Shown here piece by piece: positions 12,701-27,700 of a stretch of DNA of 64,000 nt (position 1 is the stretch's first letter; every line of letters begins with the position of its first letter). This stretch comes from Syntrophales bacterium (lineage in GTDB: Bacteria > Desulfobacterota > Syntrophia > Syntrophales > UBA2210): the NCBI GenBank assembly GCA_963666365.2, contig CAXXNF010000002.1, positions 64,001 to 128,000 of the forward strand. Direction: 5' to 3'. A model generated the notes under the pieces. That model was not told the DNA's origin, did no database searches, and saw nothing but the letters and a program-made list of their open reading frames with translations. The position numbers and the translations under genes are program-made.

Positions 12701-15700
12701 TTCGGCAGGCGCCGGCGGAATTAATCTTCTCAATAGCGGTGAAGTGACGATTGGAACTGTCTCCTTCGGTGCGGATTCCCTGAGCGGTCTTGTCACCTCG
12801 CTCAACGGAAGCATCGTTCTCAGAACCCTGGATGGCGGCATTACCGTGGGAACCGGCGGGGTGAGCGCCGACGGGATGGGAAATATTCTGCTTCAGGCGC
12901 AGAGTAACGGGGCCGAGGCCGATCTCGTTCTGAACGCGGCGGTGGAAAGCGACTCCGGTGTCATTTCGCTCCTGGGCGCCCGCAATGTGATCCAAAATGC
13001 CGCGGTGACCACAGCGGGGACGGGGACCATCGATGTCCGGGCCGGGACAGGTGCCGTTACCATGGCCGACGGGATCACGAGCAGCACCGGCGGGGGCAAT
13101 ATACGGTACCGGGCCGCCGGAAATATTACGGTTGGCGTCCTTAATGCCGGTGCCGGGAAAGTGAGCCTCCTGTCCGACAGCGGTTCGGTCCTGGACGGCG
13201 GCGATACAGGCGGCGCCGATATCACGGCGGGCCACATCCGCTTCAATGCCGGTACGGGAGTCGGTCTACTGGGTCTCGTGTCGAATGCGCTCGAGATTGC
13301 AGCAGGCACGGTCAGCGCCTCATCCGGATCAGGGGGGATCAATCTGAATGTAACCGGCGATGTGATCGTTGACGCGGTAGCCGTCAGTCTTTCCAGGGTC
13401 AAGAACGATGGAACGCTTCCGATAGCAACGGATCTCAACGATAATTCCCAGAGCGATTTGACGACAGCCTCGAGCGGCGGGATCGTGCTTGTTTCCACCG
13501 GCATGGTCACGCTCAATGACGGTGACAACGATTATCTTGCCATCAGCGCCCATACCACCGGGAACATACTGGTTCAGGCGGGCGCAGGTATCACGATCAA
13601 TAGCGGGATTTCCACGGGGAGCGGCGCGATTTCGATCATTTCGACCACCGGCACTATTACACAGGGGAGCGGCTCGCTTATTTCCACCACCGGGGCAAGC
13701 ATTGATATGGAGGCCACGGCCGGGGCCGTCGCGATGACCGACGGTTCGCGGGTGCTGAGCACCGGGGCGGGAGATGTGCGTGTCAAGGCCGCGGGCGATA
13801 TTGCACTGAGCCGCATCAATGCCGGGACCGGTAACGCAAGTCTCATTTCCGGCACGGGAAGCATCCTGGACAACGGCGACACCCATGTGGATGTGGCGGC
13901 TGCCGGTCTGAGAATTCAGGCGGGCGGGAGTGTCGGTGAATTGGGCTCCGGAATGGGGGCGGTCGAGACGACCGTCGGCACGATGAGCGTCCTGGCGGGT
14001 GCCGGCGGCATCAGCCTCTATGAAACGGACGATATAGTCATCGGCGCGGTGGCGGCCGGTGTGAAGAGGGTGACAGCGGCGGGAACCGTTGCAGCGCTGC
14101 CTGATGTAAACGATGAAGCCCTGAGTGATTTGACGGCTGCCACGGCGATTGTCCTCAGGACCTATGACGGGTCCGTCACCATTACCGATGGCGCCGATAC
14201 CGAGGTCGATGCGGGCTTCGGTAGAGGGGTGGTGTCACTCGGTGCAGGCAACATCCTGATCAGCGCCGGTGACAAGGACAGCCCGGCCACCAGTGATGTA
14301 ACGGTCAGCGCTGGTGTAATCAGCGCAGGCGGTGCGATTTCAATACTTGCCGCAGACGGTATCGTCCAGGCCGCCATGATCGCCACCGCCGGAGCGAGCA
14401 TCGATGTACATGCCCTAGCGGGCAGTATCACCATGGAAACGACAGCGTCTGCGATGAGCACCGGTGCGGGGAATGTACGCTATGCGGCAGGAACGGCTGT
14501 GCTGATAGGAATCATAGGTGCCGGTACCGGTAATATAGATATTGTGGCGACTGCGGGAAGCATAACCCGTATCAGCTCAGGCATCCTCACAGGCCAGGGA
14601 TTGCGTTTGCATGCGGGAATCAGCATTGGAGAACCGGAGAATACCGGGAACGGTGCCCTGGTGATGTCCGTTTCCACGGTGAGCGCTTCTTCCGGTGCGG
14701 GCGGGATATATCTTGCACAGACAGCGGCGGCTGAAGGAGACCCCGTGCCGGTGCTGACGGTCAGCGCGGTGATCGCGTCGGTTACACGGGTGACTGAGAC
14801 CGGCGCAACTACGCCCGTGACCAGCGGGACGTTGAGCGATCTGACAGCTACCAGCGGGGGCAGCATTTCACTTCAGGCGGGAGGCGCCCTGACGCTGAGC
14901 GACGGCGCCGACGGCGATGCCATCGCGGTGAAAACCGACGGGGACGGGATGATAACGATTATCGCTACCGGCGCTATCACTATCGAGGCTGCCGTTGAAA
15001 GTGATGCCGGCAGCATTGTCATCCTGAGTGTGGAATCGGCCATCGTACAAAATGCAAACGGTGATATTGTCAGTAGGGCGGGAACGATTACAGTGGCCGC
15101 AACGGCCTCGATTACCATGGATCCGGGCGCTTCCGCCACAGCATCAGGCGAAGGCGATATACGATATATGGCCGACGGGAGCATTATCGTCGGATCGATG
15201 GATGCCGGCACCGGGGATGCGAGCATTGTTTCAGTGTCCGGTGACATTCTGGATAATGCCGATGTGTCCGGGATAGTCAGCGCCACCGCGCTTCGTCTGG
15301 AAGCGGCAATGGGAATCGGGCAGCCGACGGATGCGGGCAACGGGCTTATTGAAATCGATGCGGCCACCCTTGCGGCATTGAGCGGCGTCGGCGGAATATA
15401 TCTTGCCGAGGCCGTTGATATCGTTACAGGAACGGCGCCCGCGGTATTCAGCGCCGAAGAAGTGGTTCCTTCCGGTCTAATCGAATATGTGCTGTCGGCG
15501 CTGGGTATCGATGAGAGTGCGGCGGCCCATTATCTGTCCGTCCTGGGTGATATAGAAACGCTGGGTGCGCTGGTGCTGACGGTGGCGGGAACGGTGCTCT
15601 TCAATGACGGGGATGGGGACGATCTGGCGATTGAGGCTGGCGGCCTGATTCATATCAGCCACACAGGCACCGCTACGGTACAATCAGGGATTCAGGGCGG

Positions 15701-18700
15701 TGCAGTGGAGTTCACCGGTGACGGAGAACTGGTCATCAATGCCGATATTACCGGGGCCGCCGGCGTCGCCTTCAAAGGCACGGGCGCCATTTCACTGGGT
15801 GCTGATGTGACGGCGCTTACGCCGGCTGCGGTGATATTCGTCGACACGGCGGCGATCACACTGACGGATGATGTGTCGCTGACCACCAATGCCGGCATGG
15901 TGACCCTGGACGAGGTGCTGACTGACGCAGCCGGGGACCATGTGCTGACGATTATGGTCGGGGATGTGCTGTTCAAGGACAATGTGGGCCTTGATGACGC
16001 CGCTGTGGGCGGTGTGGCAATCACCTCTTCCGGCGATGTGACCTTCATCGATCCTTCGGCCGGTACTGTCGATGTAAACATGCTCACGATTGCGGCTGCA
16101 GGCGCGGTGACCTTCAATGCCGATGTCGATGTGACCGGGCCGGTTTCCCTTACATGTGAGACGCTCAATCTGAACGCACCGCTGAACGCCGGTGGTGCCG
16201 CGGGATCGGTAACCGTGACGAACGGTGCGACGGCCGTCATCAACGGCGGGATCACATCGACGGGCATCGTACGGTTTAACGGTGTAGGGCCGGTGGAACT
16301 GGGCGCCGATATTTCCGTCACAGGACTCGGGGCGGGTGTGGTGATCTCCGACTCTGTGCTGCTGCTGACGGGCGACCGACGCATTGCGACGAACAGCGGC
16401 TCGATTACACTGGATGAAATAGCGACGGACACCGCCCTGGATCATGTGCTGACCCTTGCGGCTGGCTCGGGGGCCCTTACTTTAGACGACAATGCCGGTG
16501 TTGAAGAAACTGCGCTGGGCGGATTGACGATTGAAAGTGCCGGAACGGTGCGGTTCGTCGGCGCCGATGCCGCCATAGACGCGATGGTTCTGGATATTTC
16601 CTGTACGGGAGAGACGCGTTTCGACGGGGTGCTTCGCCTGGGCAGTGCCGACGTGACCACCGGCACACTGGCGCTGAACGCCGCCCTGACAGCAACAGGG
16701 GCGGTCACCGTCACCAACGCCGGACAGGCAGACATGAGCGCGCCGATTACGGCTGGGAGCACTTTATGGGTCAAAGGTCCCGGTACGGTCAACCTCGGGG
16801 CCGATGTGACGGTAATCAATGCCGGTGATTTTGATCTTTTTGCACCTCTGGTGCTGACCGCCGATGTGGCGATATCAACCGCTCTCGGCACCGGATCAGT
16901 GTACCTGCGCGATAGGGTGGACAGCGACGGCGAAGAGCCCGGATGCCGGCTGCTGACGATCGCTGCAAATGCCGAAACTGGAACAATCTCCTTCGCTGAC
17001 GCGGTTGGAGCCGTGGCGCCCCTCGGGGTGATCGTAGTATCGGCGTCCCATGTGGATTTTGCCGGGGCCGTGACTGCCTGCGGCGCGGGAATTGACGTGA
17101 CCACTGGAACGGCTCATTTCGGAGGCCCTGTTGCCACGACTGATGGTGGCACCGTCAGCATCACGAATACCGATGCAGTGACCATCGCCCTATCGGCGCC
17201 CTTCAGCCTTGACGGCGCCTTTACCCAGGTTGGCCCGGGGTCTGTAACCATTGCCGGGTCGATCAGGACCACCGCAGATCCGATAACCTTTGCCGGTGCG
17301 GTCACCTTGAGCGGTCCCGTAACCCTGGATACGGGAGATGGCGGCGATATCGGCTTCGGCGCTGCAATCGGCGGCGGCCATGGTTTGACCATCGATGCGG
17401 GAATGGGTGCGGTCGGTTTCGGCGGCGCCCTGGGCAGTCCGGCAAAAATTACCGGACTTGACGTGACCGGCGGCGATATTGCCTTTATCGGTCCGGTACA
17501 GACGATGTCCGGCGGGGCGGTTTCGATTCAAAACAGCGGAATTCTTGACATCGGCGCCGCAGCCGCAATGACCCTGGACGGACCGTTCACCCAGAGCGGC
17601 GGAGGAACCGTTCGTGCGGGCGCCAATATCGTGACTACAGGCGATGACATCACGTTCAGCGGAACGACTGCACTCGAAGGCGATATAACACTCACCAGCG
17701 CCGGTGGCTCGGTGGCCCTTTCCGGCATTGCCACTGACACGACCGGAACCCGATCCCTGATGGTCAATGCCGGCTCTGGTTCCGTAATCTTCAATGGTGC
17801 TGTGGGCAGTGCAGCCGTGCCCATTGGGCTCCTGCGGGTTGATCGCGCGGGCGCAATCACCGTGAATGAAAATGCCTCGATGTGGACTGCCGGTATCATA
17901 GATTTCAACGCCTATGGTACTATTCTTGTGGGGGCCCCGATGCTAGGCGCCGGCGGCATTGCGCTGCGGGCGGGTACCGGTGCCGCGGAGACAGGCGCCA
18001 TAATAGTGGAAGTGCAGGATCCAAACTACGCCCTCAAGACGAGCGACGAGGGGGGGGACATTGTGCTGTATGCCGGAGACGCGACAGGCGACGTGACCCT
18101 CAGCGGCAACGTACTCGCTGTCGATCGTGTAACCGTCAGCGCACCGGGCGGCGCCATCGCGCAATACGCCGGTGTCCTGTCGGGATCGGCAGTGGGGCTG
18201 GAAGCGGCAGGCGCGATTACCGGGCTGGATGGAGAACATCAGGAGGTGTTTTTTGCGACCTCTACCGCGCTGATCGATGCGCAGAGCTTCGGCGCCGGCA
18301 ATCTTGTGATCCGTAATGTGCCCTGGGGAGTCACCGGCGATCTGGAGATTGGATCGCTTGCCACGCTGGGCGGCGACATCCGGCTGGAACAGTTCTATCG
18401 CGAGACTGGTGGTACGACAACGGTGACCGGCAATGTAACCTCGGGAAGCCAGGATGCCGCTGTGGACGGCGGTTCGATTACCATCATGGGTCCGAACGGA
18501 CTGGTGATTCAGGCGGAGATCAGCACCTCAGGCGGTATCGGTGGATCGGTGACGATCGCAGCTAATGTAAATACGGACTCGCCCAATGCCAGGATCGTTT
18601 TAGGCGCCGGGGACGTGTACCTCTCGGGGGACGAGAGCAGTGATGTGCTCATTGTGTCGGAGAATATTCGTCAGGCCGAGTCAATCCTGTATACCCATAC

Positions 18701-21700
18701 AGGTGACATCATAATCAGGGCGATTGCGGAAACTACTGAGGCGGGCTCGGACATTACCCTTATCGCCGACACTGACGGCGATGGCCGGGGCGGTGTCATC
18801 GTCGAAGCAGCGGGATTCCTGAAATCCGGAGGGAACATCGTCATTGCCGGTTCGGACTGCATTACCACGGCGGAAAGTACCGACAGCGTCGTGATCCGGA
18901 ATGACGGCGCGCTGAATCAGCTCGAGGCCGCAGGCGGTATCCTTATCGAGAGCGGCGTTGCTGCGCCCGAAGCCGCGATAGTGCAGATCGAGGGGAAAAT
19001 CCTGGCGACCGGAACGGCAGGGATTATTGTCTATACCTTCGGAGAAACCCTCACCGCGACCACGATTGCGGCCCGGGGCGGTGATGTGGAATTTGCAGGA
19101 CCGGTTCTTCTTTCGGGCGCGACGACCGTCACTACGGAGAACCCCGGCGGCGACGAGGGAACCGTCTTCTTCTGCGATGCCGTGACGGGAACGGGGGCGC
19201 TGTCGGTGTACACCGGCGCCGGCAACGCAGAATTCGAAGATATCGTGGGTGCCGAGGGGGCCTATCCTTCCTCGCTCTACGTAGAAACGACCGATCTGAC
19301 CCTTCGTGCCGCGGTGAAGGTGAACGGCCCGATCAGCCTGATCGTCGCGGGCGAGCCGAGACTGGGTCCCTACCTGGCGACCGTGGGCAGGGGCGATATC
19401 ATGATCCGTGCTCCAGCCTGCGTCACGCTCCCGGTGCTCAGGGCCGCCAATGGGAAGATTGACATAGAGGCGGGTGAAACCATTACTGCCCACGATGTCC
19501 TGTCGCAGGCCGGGAGTACCGCAAATGCCGTGCAGCTGGTGAGCCTTTCCGGAAATATCCTGGTGGGGGTTATTGACGGTGGCGCCTATGGTCTCGTTAC
19601 GCTCCGTGCGTTGCAGGGGGTGGTGGCAGACGATTCGGAAGGTGAGGAGTTCAATATACGGGCGGGCAGTCTTGTCATCGAGGCGATGGCAGCAGGAGTG
19701 TTTCCCGGAATTGACGATCTTGACATCGCTGTCGGCCGGTTGAATGTAACCACTGCCGGCATCCCTGGAAACATTGCCCTTACCCAGACGGTTTCAGCCG
19801 GGGATTTGATTGTCGAAGCGATTCATGTGACGGGGCAGAATAATCCAGGTTCAGTCTACCTGGTCTCCGAAGGCGGGTCCATCACGGTCGCGCAGACCGG
19901 AAGCGGCGTTGCGGTAGAAGGGCCGGGTCATGTGCTGATCGAAAGTGAAGGTGCCGGAGTCGCTTTGAACGGCGCCGTCGCACTGGCCGGTGGTTCCCTG
20001 TCCTTGAGGGCCGCGGGAGATGTGGCGCTCGGAACCGCCGTGTCAATAACCGTTGCCGATACCGCCACAGTGCAGTTCGAAGCCGTCTCGGGCGGGATCA
20101 CCATGGCCGGTGATGCATGCATTGCCGCGCAGTCAGGCAATATTCACCTGCAGGCCGCGGGAGATATCCTCGTATCGTCCATCGAAACCACCGGCGTAGT
20201 AAGCATCACTTCGAGTTCCGGTTCGGTGCTGGGCGCCGGGGCGTTTCCCGCACACGTGATCGCCGGCGTCCTTGCCATCCGCGCGGGGAACGGCATCGGT
20301 ATCCTCGGGGAGAGCGCGGCACCTTTCAGGATGTCCGTCGATAATGTCGCTGCGCTGTCGGGCCCCGGAGGGATCAACCTTCTCGAAGCAGACAGCCTTC
20401 AGGTGACGAAGGTTCCGGCGGTATTCGTGAACGCCGTATACCGCGATGGCACGGTGGCGCCCCTGGGAGATGGGGAATTCCTGTCGGGATTGAATTCGCC
20501 GGGTCCGGCCGCCATTGTGCTGAGAAGTGCCACCGGCGATATTCATGTACTCAGGGAGATTGCCGTCGGCGGCGCCGGCAACGTACTGCTCCAGACCGAT
20601 GGGACCGACTCCCGTATTGTACTGACGAGCGGTGTTCTCTCTAACAGCGGTGACATTTCGATTCTGTCGGCCGGTGGCGTATTCCAGGGCGCCACTGTGG
20701 CTGAAGGGGGGTCCGTGGCAGTGACCGCCGGCATGCTTCGCTATGTCGACGGAGACAACAGCGACGCCGAGCTTGTCTTTACGCTGACGACGGCGCCTGT
20801 GCACGGCCTTATTACTCTGAGTGGGACAGGGCTCGTCCAGGGTGATGCCTTTACCCAGGCGGACATAGACAACGAGTTGCTGGGGTATACCCACGACGGA
20901 AGCGAAACCGCGACGGATATGTGCGGCTTCAGTGTCGATGACGGCCTGGGGGGTGCGACCGAGGGTTCGCTGACCTTCTTCATCGATCCGGTGAACGACA
21001 GCCCGGAAAACTTCGTGCCGTCCACTTCCGAAAGCGAAAGACTCACCACCAGTCAAGGCGTGAATATCCTCTTCACCGGCGCGCTCGGCATCAGTGTTGC
21101 CGACCCCGATGCCGGGATCGCGCCTATTCTGTGCGAGATCGAGATCACACCTCCCGAAGGGGCAGCAATCATTTCCGTGGTGACGGCCGATGGTGTTGAA
21201 GCCGTCGGGAACGGGACCACCCGTTTGATCCTGACCGGTCCGATCGACGCGGTAAGTGAAACACTGGCCACTCTTGTCTATGAGATTCTCGATGGATCGG
21301 CATTCTACACGGACACCATGACGATTACCACTGACGACAACGGCTTCTACGGTCGCGGCGGCGCTCTCATAGCCGTATCCACCGTCCATATCAAGGTGAA
21401 TGCGGCGCCGGTTCTCGCACACAATGAAGGCCTTACAGTGAATGAAGGAGCTTCCGCCACGATCGGCGGGGATCTGCTGCAGGTGGTCGATCCTGACAGT
21501 GTTCCGGATTTTGTCATGGTAACCGGTCCCGCCTGCGGTATCCTTTCGCTGGACGGCACGGCACTCGCAGCAGGCGATGTCTTCACGCAGGCAAACATCG
21601 ATGCGGGACGCCTGATCTATACCCATGACGGCTCGGAAACAACCTCCGACGGGTTCACGTTTACGATTACGGACGGCGACGGCGGCGTCATTCCCGAGAC

Positions 21701-24700
21701 GGTCTTTACTATTGCGGTAATCCCGGTGAACAATCCTCCGGTACTGACCGCACCGGCTCGCTTCATCGTGAATTTCCCCGACGATCCGCTGGATCCGGTT
21801 GTCCTTCCGATTGAAGGCCTGTCCGTTTCAGATGTCGATGTCGCGGCCGGCGATCCTTCAGTGCTGCATCTGACCATCCAGGGCGCGGGCGTCCTGCGTG
21901 TGGGCCCAGGCGGAACCGACGGTATTGTCATCATGGGGAATGAGAGCGGCGATGTGACGCTGAGCGGCGGTTTTGCCCAGTTGAGTCAGTGGCTCTCCGC
22001 GCTTTCCGGCGATTCGAGCCTTGAATTCCTGTGGAAAGAGCAGACCTACGGGGCCGCGGCGATGACGGTGTCCTTCTCCGATGGCGAGGGTGCGGACGAT
22101 GCCTGCGAAACACAGATCCCGATCAAGATCAATGCCGTACCTCACGTGGTGAATGTGGGTATGACAATCGCCGGTGGAACGCGGGTGGTGATCACCGAAG
22201 ATCACCTGAGATACGCCGATGAGGATAATAGGGCCGATGAGCTCCTTTTCACCATCGAAAGTCTCCCCGTCAAGGGAATCCTCCTTATCGGCGGCCGGAG
22301 CGCTGTGGTGGGCGATGTCTTCAGTCAGGCCAATCTTGATGCGTTTAAGGGTGAAACCGGTCTGGTCTATGCGGGCTCGGGAGAAACGGCCGCCCAGGAT
22401 CAGGATGGATTCAGTTATTCCGTTTCGGACGGTGACGGGGGCGACCTGTCCGGCAGAGGGTTCACGATCCTTATACAGGATACGCAGTCGACGCCCGTAA
22501 TTCATGTGCCCGCGCCAATCATCGTCAATGAGGGCCTGACTGTCAGCCTCGCGGGAGTGTCCGCCGATGCAACGGGAACGGCGATGTACGGGACCCTGTC
22601 TCTGTCTGAGGGAAGTGCAGGCCTGATGTCCTTCGGCGGCGGCGACCCGTGGACCGCGCAGAAGACCATTACGGGAAGCCTTGTGGATATCAACACCGCC
22701 CTTGCCGGACTGTCCTATCGTGCGGGCGTCGACGCGGGCCCCTGCGAGGATACGGTGGTGATTACGCTTCAGTCCGGGACGCTCACGGCGGAGGCAAGAA
22801 TTGCGATTACTGTAAACGACATTCCCATGCTTGCCGTGAATGCGGGGCTTACAGTGTATGAAGGTGCGTCCGCAGTCATTACTTCTGAGTTTCTCAGGAC
22901 CGTGCAGGGAGAGGATTCTCCGCTGACCTATACTCTTGTGACGGTACCGGTAAACGGTGTGTTGAAGATTGAAGGAGTTATACTGTCGGCTGGAATGACC
23001 TTTACTCAGGCCCAGATCGATGCCGGTCTCCTCGTCTATGTCCACGGCGGTGGTGAGAACGTCACCGATGGATTTACCTTTACCGTCTCCGACGGCCTCG
23101 GCGGCGATATCGGCGCTACAGCCTTCGATATCGTGGTGATCCCGGTAAACAACCCCCCCGTAGTGCACGTGCCGGGCGACATACTGGTCAACGAAGGCAC
23201 AACGACACTGATCGGTGGTATATCGGTGACCGATTCTGATGCCTTCGGCACGGATGCCTTTATTGCAGGTCTGGCACTGGCAGAGGGGAGCGCCGGGCAT
23301 CTCTGGATGGTATCCATGGGGAACGCCGTGGTCACGGGAAAGTATTCTTCATCGGTGATGATCACCGGTACCCTGGATGATATCAACGCGACACTGGCGA
23401 CGTTACGCTATGTCACCCCCTTCGGTGCATACGATAGGCCCTTTACCGATGTAGTCACGGTAATCGCGAACGACCTGGGACATAACGGAGAAGGGGGACC
23501 GAAAGAGGGCACTGCGGCAATAGCCGTTACGGTGAATCACATTCCGGAAGTGGCTATCAATACCGGCGCATCGCTGAGTCAACTGGATTCGATGACAGTG
23601 ACGTCGGCGATGCTTCGTGTGATAGATGTGGATGCCGTACCCGATGCGCTTGTATTTACGATTACCGCCATCATGAAGGGAGTGCTGGCAAGGAACGGCA
23701 GTGCCTGTGCGACGGGCGAAACTTTCACCCAGGCCGACATCGATGCCGGGCTCATCAGCTTTACCCATGACGGAAGCCCGGGTTCGGAAGGCGGCTTTAC
23801 CTTCACGGTGTCCGACGGCAGAGGCGGCCTGGTTTCCGAGACCTCCTTCGCGATAACGATCACGGACAACACGCTTCCCTGGGTTGCGTCGAACACCGGA
23901 GGCGCGGTGCTTGAAGGCGGGACGCTTGATCTGACGCAGGCGGCGCTGGAGATAAAAGATCTGGAGCAGGGGCCCGCGCTGCTGGTCTTCACGATGATCG
24001 GGACATCCAGCGGGTATGTCGAGCGTGACGGCGTGACGCTTTTTGCAGGGGATTCCTTCACGCAGGCCGATGTGAACGGCGGCCTGGTGCGGTTCGTTCA
24101 TGACGGCAGACAGGATTCAGAAACCGGGTTTTCCGCATCGGTGAGCGACGGAGCCGGAGGCGCGATTGCAGCGGTTGAATTTTCAATTCAGGTTACATCG
24201 GTGGCGTATAAGACTCAGGCGGGAGCGACTTCACTGGCCGTCTCCGGCGTCACGATTCCCGATCCGGGAGGCGCCTCTGCACAGGTGACGGTGACGCTGG
24301 CGCTCTCTGTCGCAGATACAGTGGCGACGTTGCGCGTCGGTGCGGTGAGCGGCGTAACCATTTCCGGGAACAACACTGCAGTGATCGTGATGACCGGTAC
24401 GCTGGCCGATGTCAACCAGGCCATGACGACCCTCGAAATCAGACCCAGGGTCGGTGTCGGCGCCTGCTGCGGTCATATCGCGATCGAAGCCGACAACGGC
24501 GCGGTGTGGAATGATAATGTATATTTCAAGTTCAACGCAACGCCGGAGTCGGCGGCAGCCGGGACCCTTTCCGTGGATGAAAGCGGAGCGGCGATCCTGG
24601 GGCAGGATGTCCTGCGCACCACTGACAGGGACAACAACCGCTACGAACTGGCCTATACCGTTCTTACTGCGCCTCTGCAGGGCACACTGCTGTACGCCGG

Positions 24701-27700
24701 TTTCACACCGCTGACGGCCGGGGGCGCCTTTACGCAGGCCGACGTGGACAATGGACTCATAAGCTATGTCCACGGCGGGAGTGAAAGCACACTGACCGAC
24801 GGGATTGCGCTCACGGTATCCGACGGCGACGGCGGATCGATCCCCTCGCTTGCACTGCAGATAGCGATTGCGCCGGTGAACAATCCGCCGGTACTGAATG
24901 TGCCCGATACGACGGCGTCGCCTTTGTTAACGAATGTGGGTGTACCTTGTGCCGTACAGGGGATCGTCATAATCGATCGTGATGCGGGGGACGGTACGAT
25001 TACGCTCACGGCGAGTCTCGCTTCGGCCGATCCCGACAGGGCCTTCCTGACGGTTCAGCCGGCGGGAAGCGCCGCGGTCGAGGGACAGGGGACCTGGATC
25101 GTAAAGATTACCGGCCCGCTGGCGGATGTGCAGTGGACAGTGGCCAGTCTGTTGTATACGCCCGTTGCGGATGCGGGATATTTCAATGATGAGATCACTG
25201 TTCTGGTCGAGGATAACGGCAATGTCGGATCGGGCGGTTCGCAGTCGGCCACGGCGTCGATCCGTGTGCAGGTAAACGATGTGCCAGCGCCGTTCAACGG
25301 GATCACGGTAGCGCGGATTGTCACCGGCGGCGGCGCCATTGACGTGGAAGCGGGCAACGGTTCGATCACGATGGCCGCCGGCGCGCTGGTTTCCAGCAGC
25401 GGCGTCTCTCCCGAAGGAATACCGATCGAAGGTGCAGGCGGCGATATCAGACTTGTGGCGCTCACGGATGGGGTACTGGGATGGGTGCATGCGGGGTCCG
25501 GTTCGGTAAGCCTTACCGCGACGGAGGGAAGCATTCTGAACGGCGCCGTTCGGTACGACAGAATATTCGACAGACCCGTCGTGGACACTGAGTGGCGTTC
25601 AAATATGTCGGCCTCTGCTGCCGTAATGAATGCCGGCATCGGCATCGGCGTCATGGGTGATATTTCGAGCATCCTTTACGCTCCTGATCCGGTGCTGACC
25701 TCAATCGGCACAGTGGCCGCCCACGCAGGGGAAGGTGGGATCAACATCCTCGAAAAAGACGACGTAACCGTCGACGATGTCACAACGACCATCGAACGGG
25801 TGCTTCCCGATGGCACAGTCAACGAAATTATCGGCGTCATGCAGTCCGATCTGGTGACGAGCAGTAACGGCGCCATCGTCCTGCGTACCGACGCAGGCGA
25901 CATCACGCTTAATGATGGTGTGGCGGTGGCTGACAACACCGCGGTGCGGGCGGATGGAATGGGTAACGTTCTGGTTGAAACGGTGGGCGCTGGTACGAAT
26001 AGTATCGCCAATGCGGACATGATTTCCGGCATCGGTCATATTACGATGACGGCGGCAGCCAGTGTGACCTTTACGGGTGCGGCCGGTATTTCCACGGGAG
26101 GCACCGGCACAATCTTTGTAAACGCTCTTTCCGGAAGCGTGACGATGGCCGATGGAAGCCGGTTCATGGCGGTGTCCGGTGATATCCGTGTCTGTGCAGA
26201 AGAGGGGATCGCGCTGGGCGGCATCGTGACGACGGCGGGGGTTTCGCTGATCGCGACCACTGGTTCCATCACTGACGGAGGTGAAACCGTTATCGACGTG
26301 ACCGCCGATACAGCGAGAATGAATGCCGGCGTCGGCATCGGAACCGCCTCAGATCACATTGAAATGGCGATTGCAATAGTCTCCGCCCGCGCGGCATCGG
26401 GTGGGATCTTCGTTCTTGAAAACGACACCATGATCGTTGAGAGCGCCGATGCGACGATCCAAAAGGTGCGCATAGACGGCGGTGTTACTCCGATCACGGA
26501 CGCGCCGCAGCGCGATGTCGTGACCACCTCCGGTGACGGTTCCATCGTACTGACGGCGACCCTGGGCGACATCACCCTGAACGACGGCGACGGGAACGGC
26601 ACGGCAGTGAGTGCGAACGGTACAGGCAACATCCTGCTTCAGGCCCTTGCCGGCGCAATCACGGCGAATGCCGACATCCTTTCCGGGACGGGCCACATCA
26701 CGATCAAGGCGGCCCAGGGCATCAGCCTGAGCGCCGATGTGGACGTGACGACGGCATCGCCGGGTACGGTATCGTTCACCACCGGCGACGACCTGAGTAT
26801 GACAGGAAGCGCGACCGTCACGGCCACGGGGAGCGCGGTCCGACTGAGCGCGACGGGTGACCTCACCGTGGGTAACCTCACGGCGACCGACGTATCGCTG
26901 ATATCGGGCGGGGCCCTCATCAACGCGGCCGATTCAGTAACGAACGTGACGGCGGCGCAGCTTCGGATCGCGGCAGCGGGATCGATCGGGACGGCGGCCC
27001 GTCACCTGACGACGGATATCGACACAGTCAGCGCCCAGTCCGAGACGGGGAGCATCTACATAACGGAAGACGACGGCGCGACCGTTGACGGCGTGAGCGT
27101 CACCGTGACGGAGTACCACGCCGACGGGACCACGACGGCCGTGACCGATGCGGTGCAGGCGGACCTGACGACGGAAGCCGACGGCAGCATCGTGCTGGTT
27201 GCGACGGCGGGTGCTCTTACCCTCAATGACGGCGACGGAAACGGCACGGCAGTGAGCGCGAACGGTGCAGGGAACATCCTGCTTCAGGCCCTGGCGGGTG
27301 CACTCACGGCGAACGCCGACATCCTTTCCGGGACGGGTCACATCACGATCAAGGCGGCCCAGGACATCAGCCTGAACGCCGACGTGGACGTGACGACGGC
27401 ATCGCCGGGGACGGCATCACTCACCACCGGTGGCGCCCTGAGTATGACAGGAAGCGCGACCGTCACGGCCGCGGGAAGCGCGGTCCGACTGAGCGCGACG
27501 GGTGACCTCACCGTGGGTAACCTCACGGCGACCGACGTATCGCTGATATCGGGCGGGGCCCTCATCAACGCCGCCGATTCCACAAAGAACGTAACGGCGA
27601 CGCACCTGCGCATCGAGTCGACGGGTTCGGTCGGTGCGGCAGACAGGCACGTGACGACGCACATCGACGTGTTCAGTGTCCAGTCGTCGACGGGCGGCAT

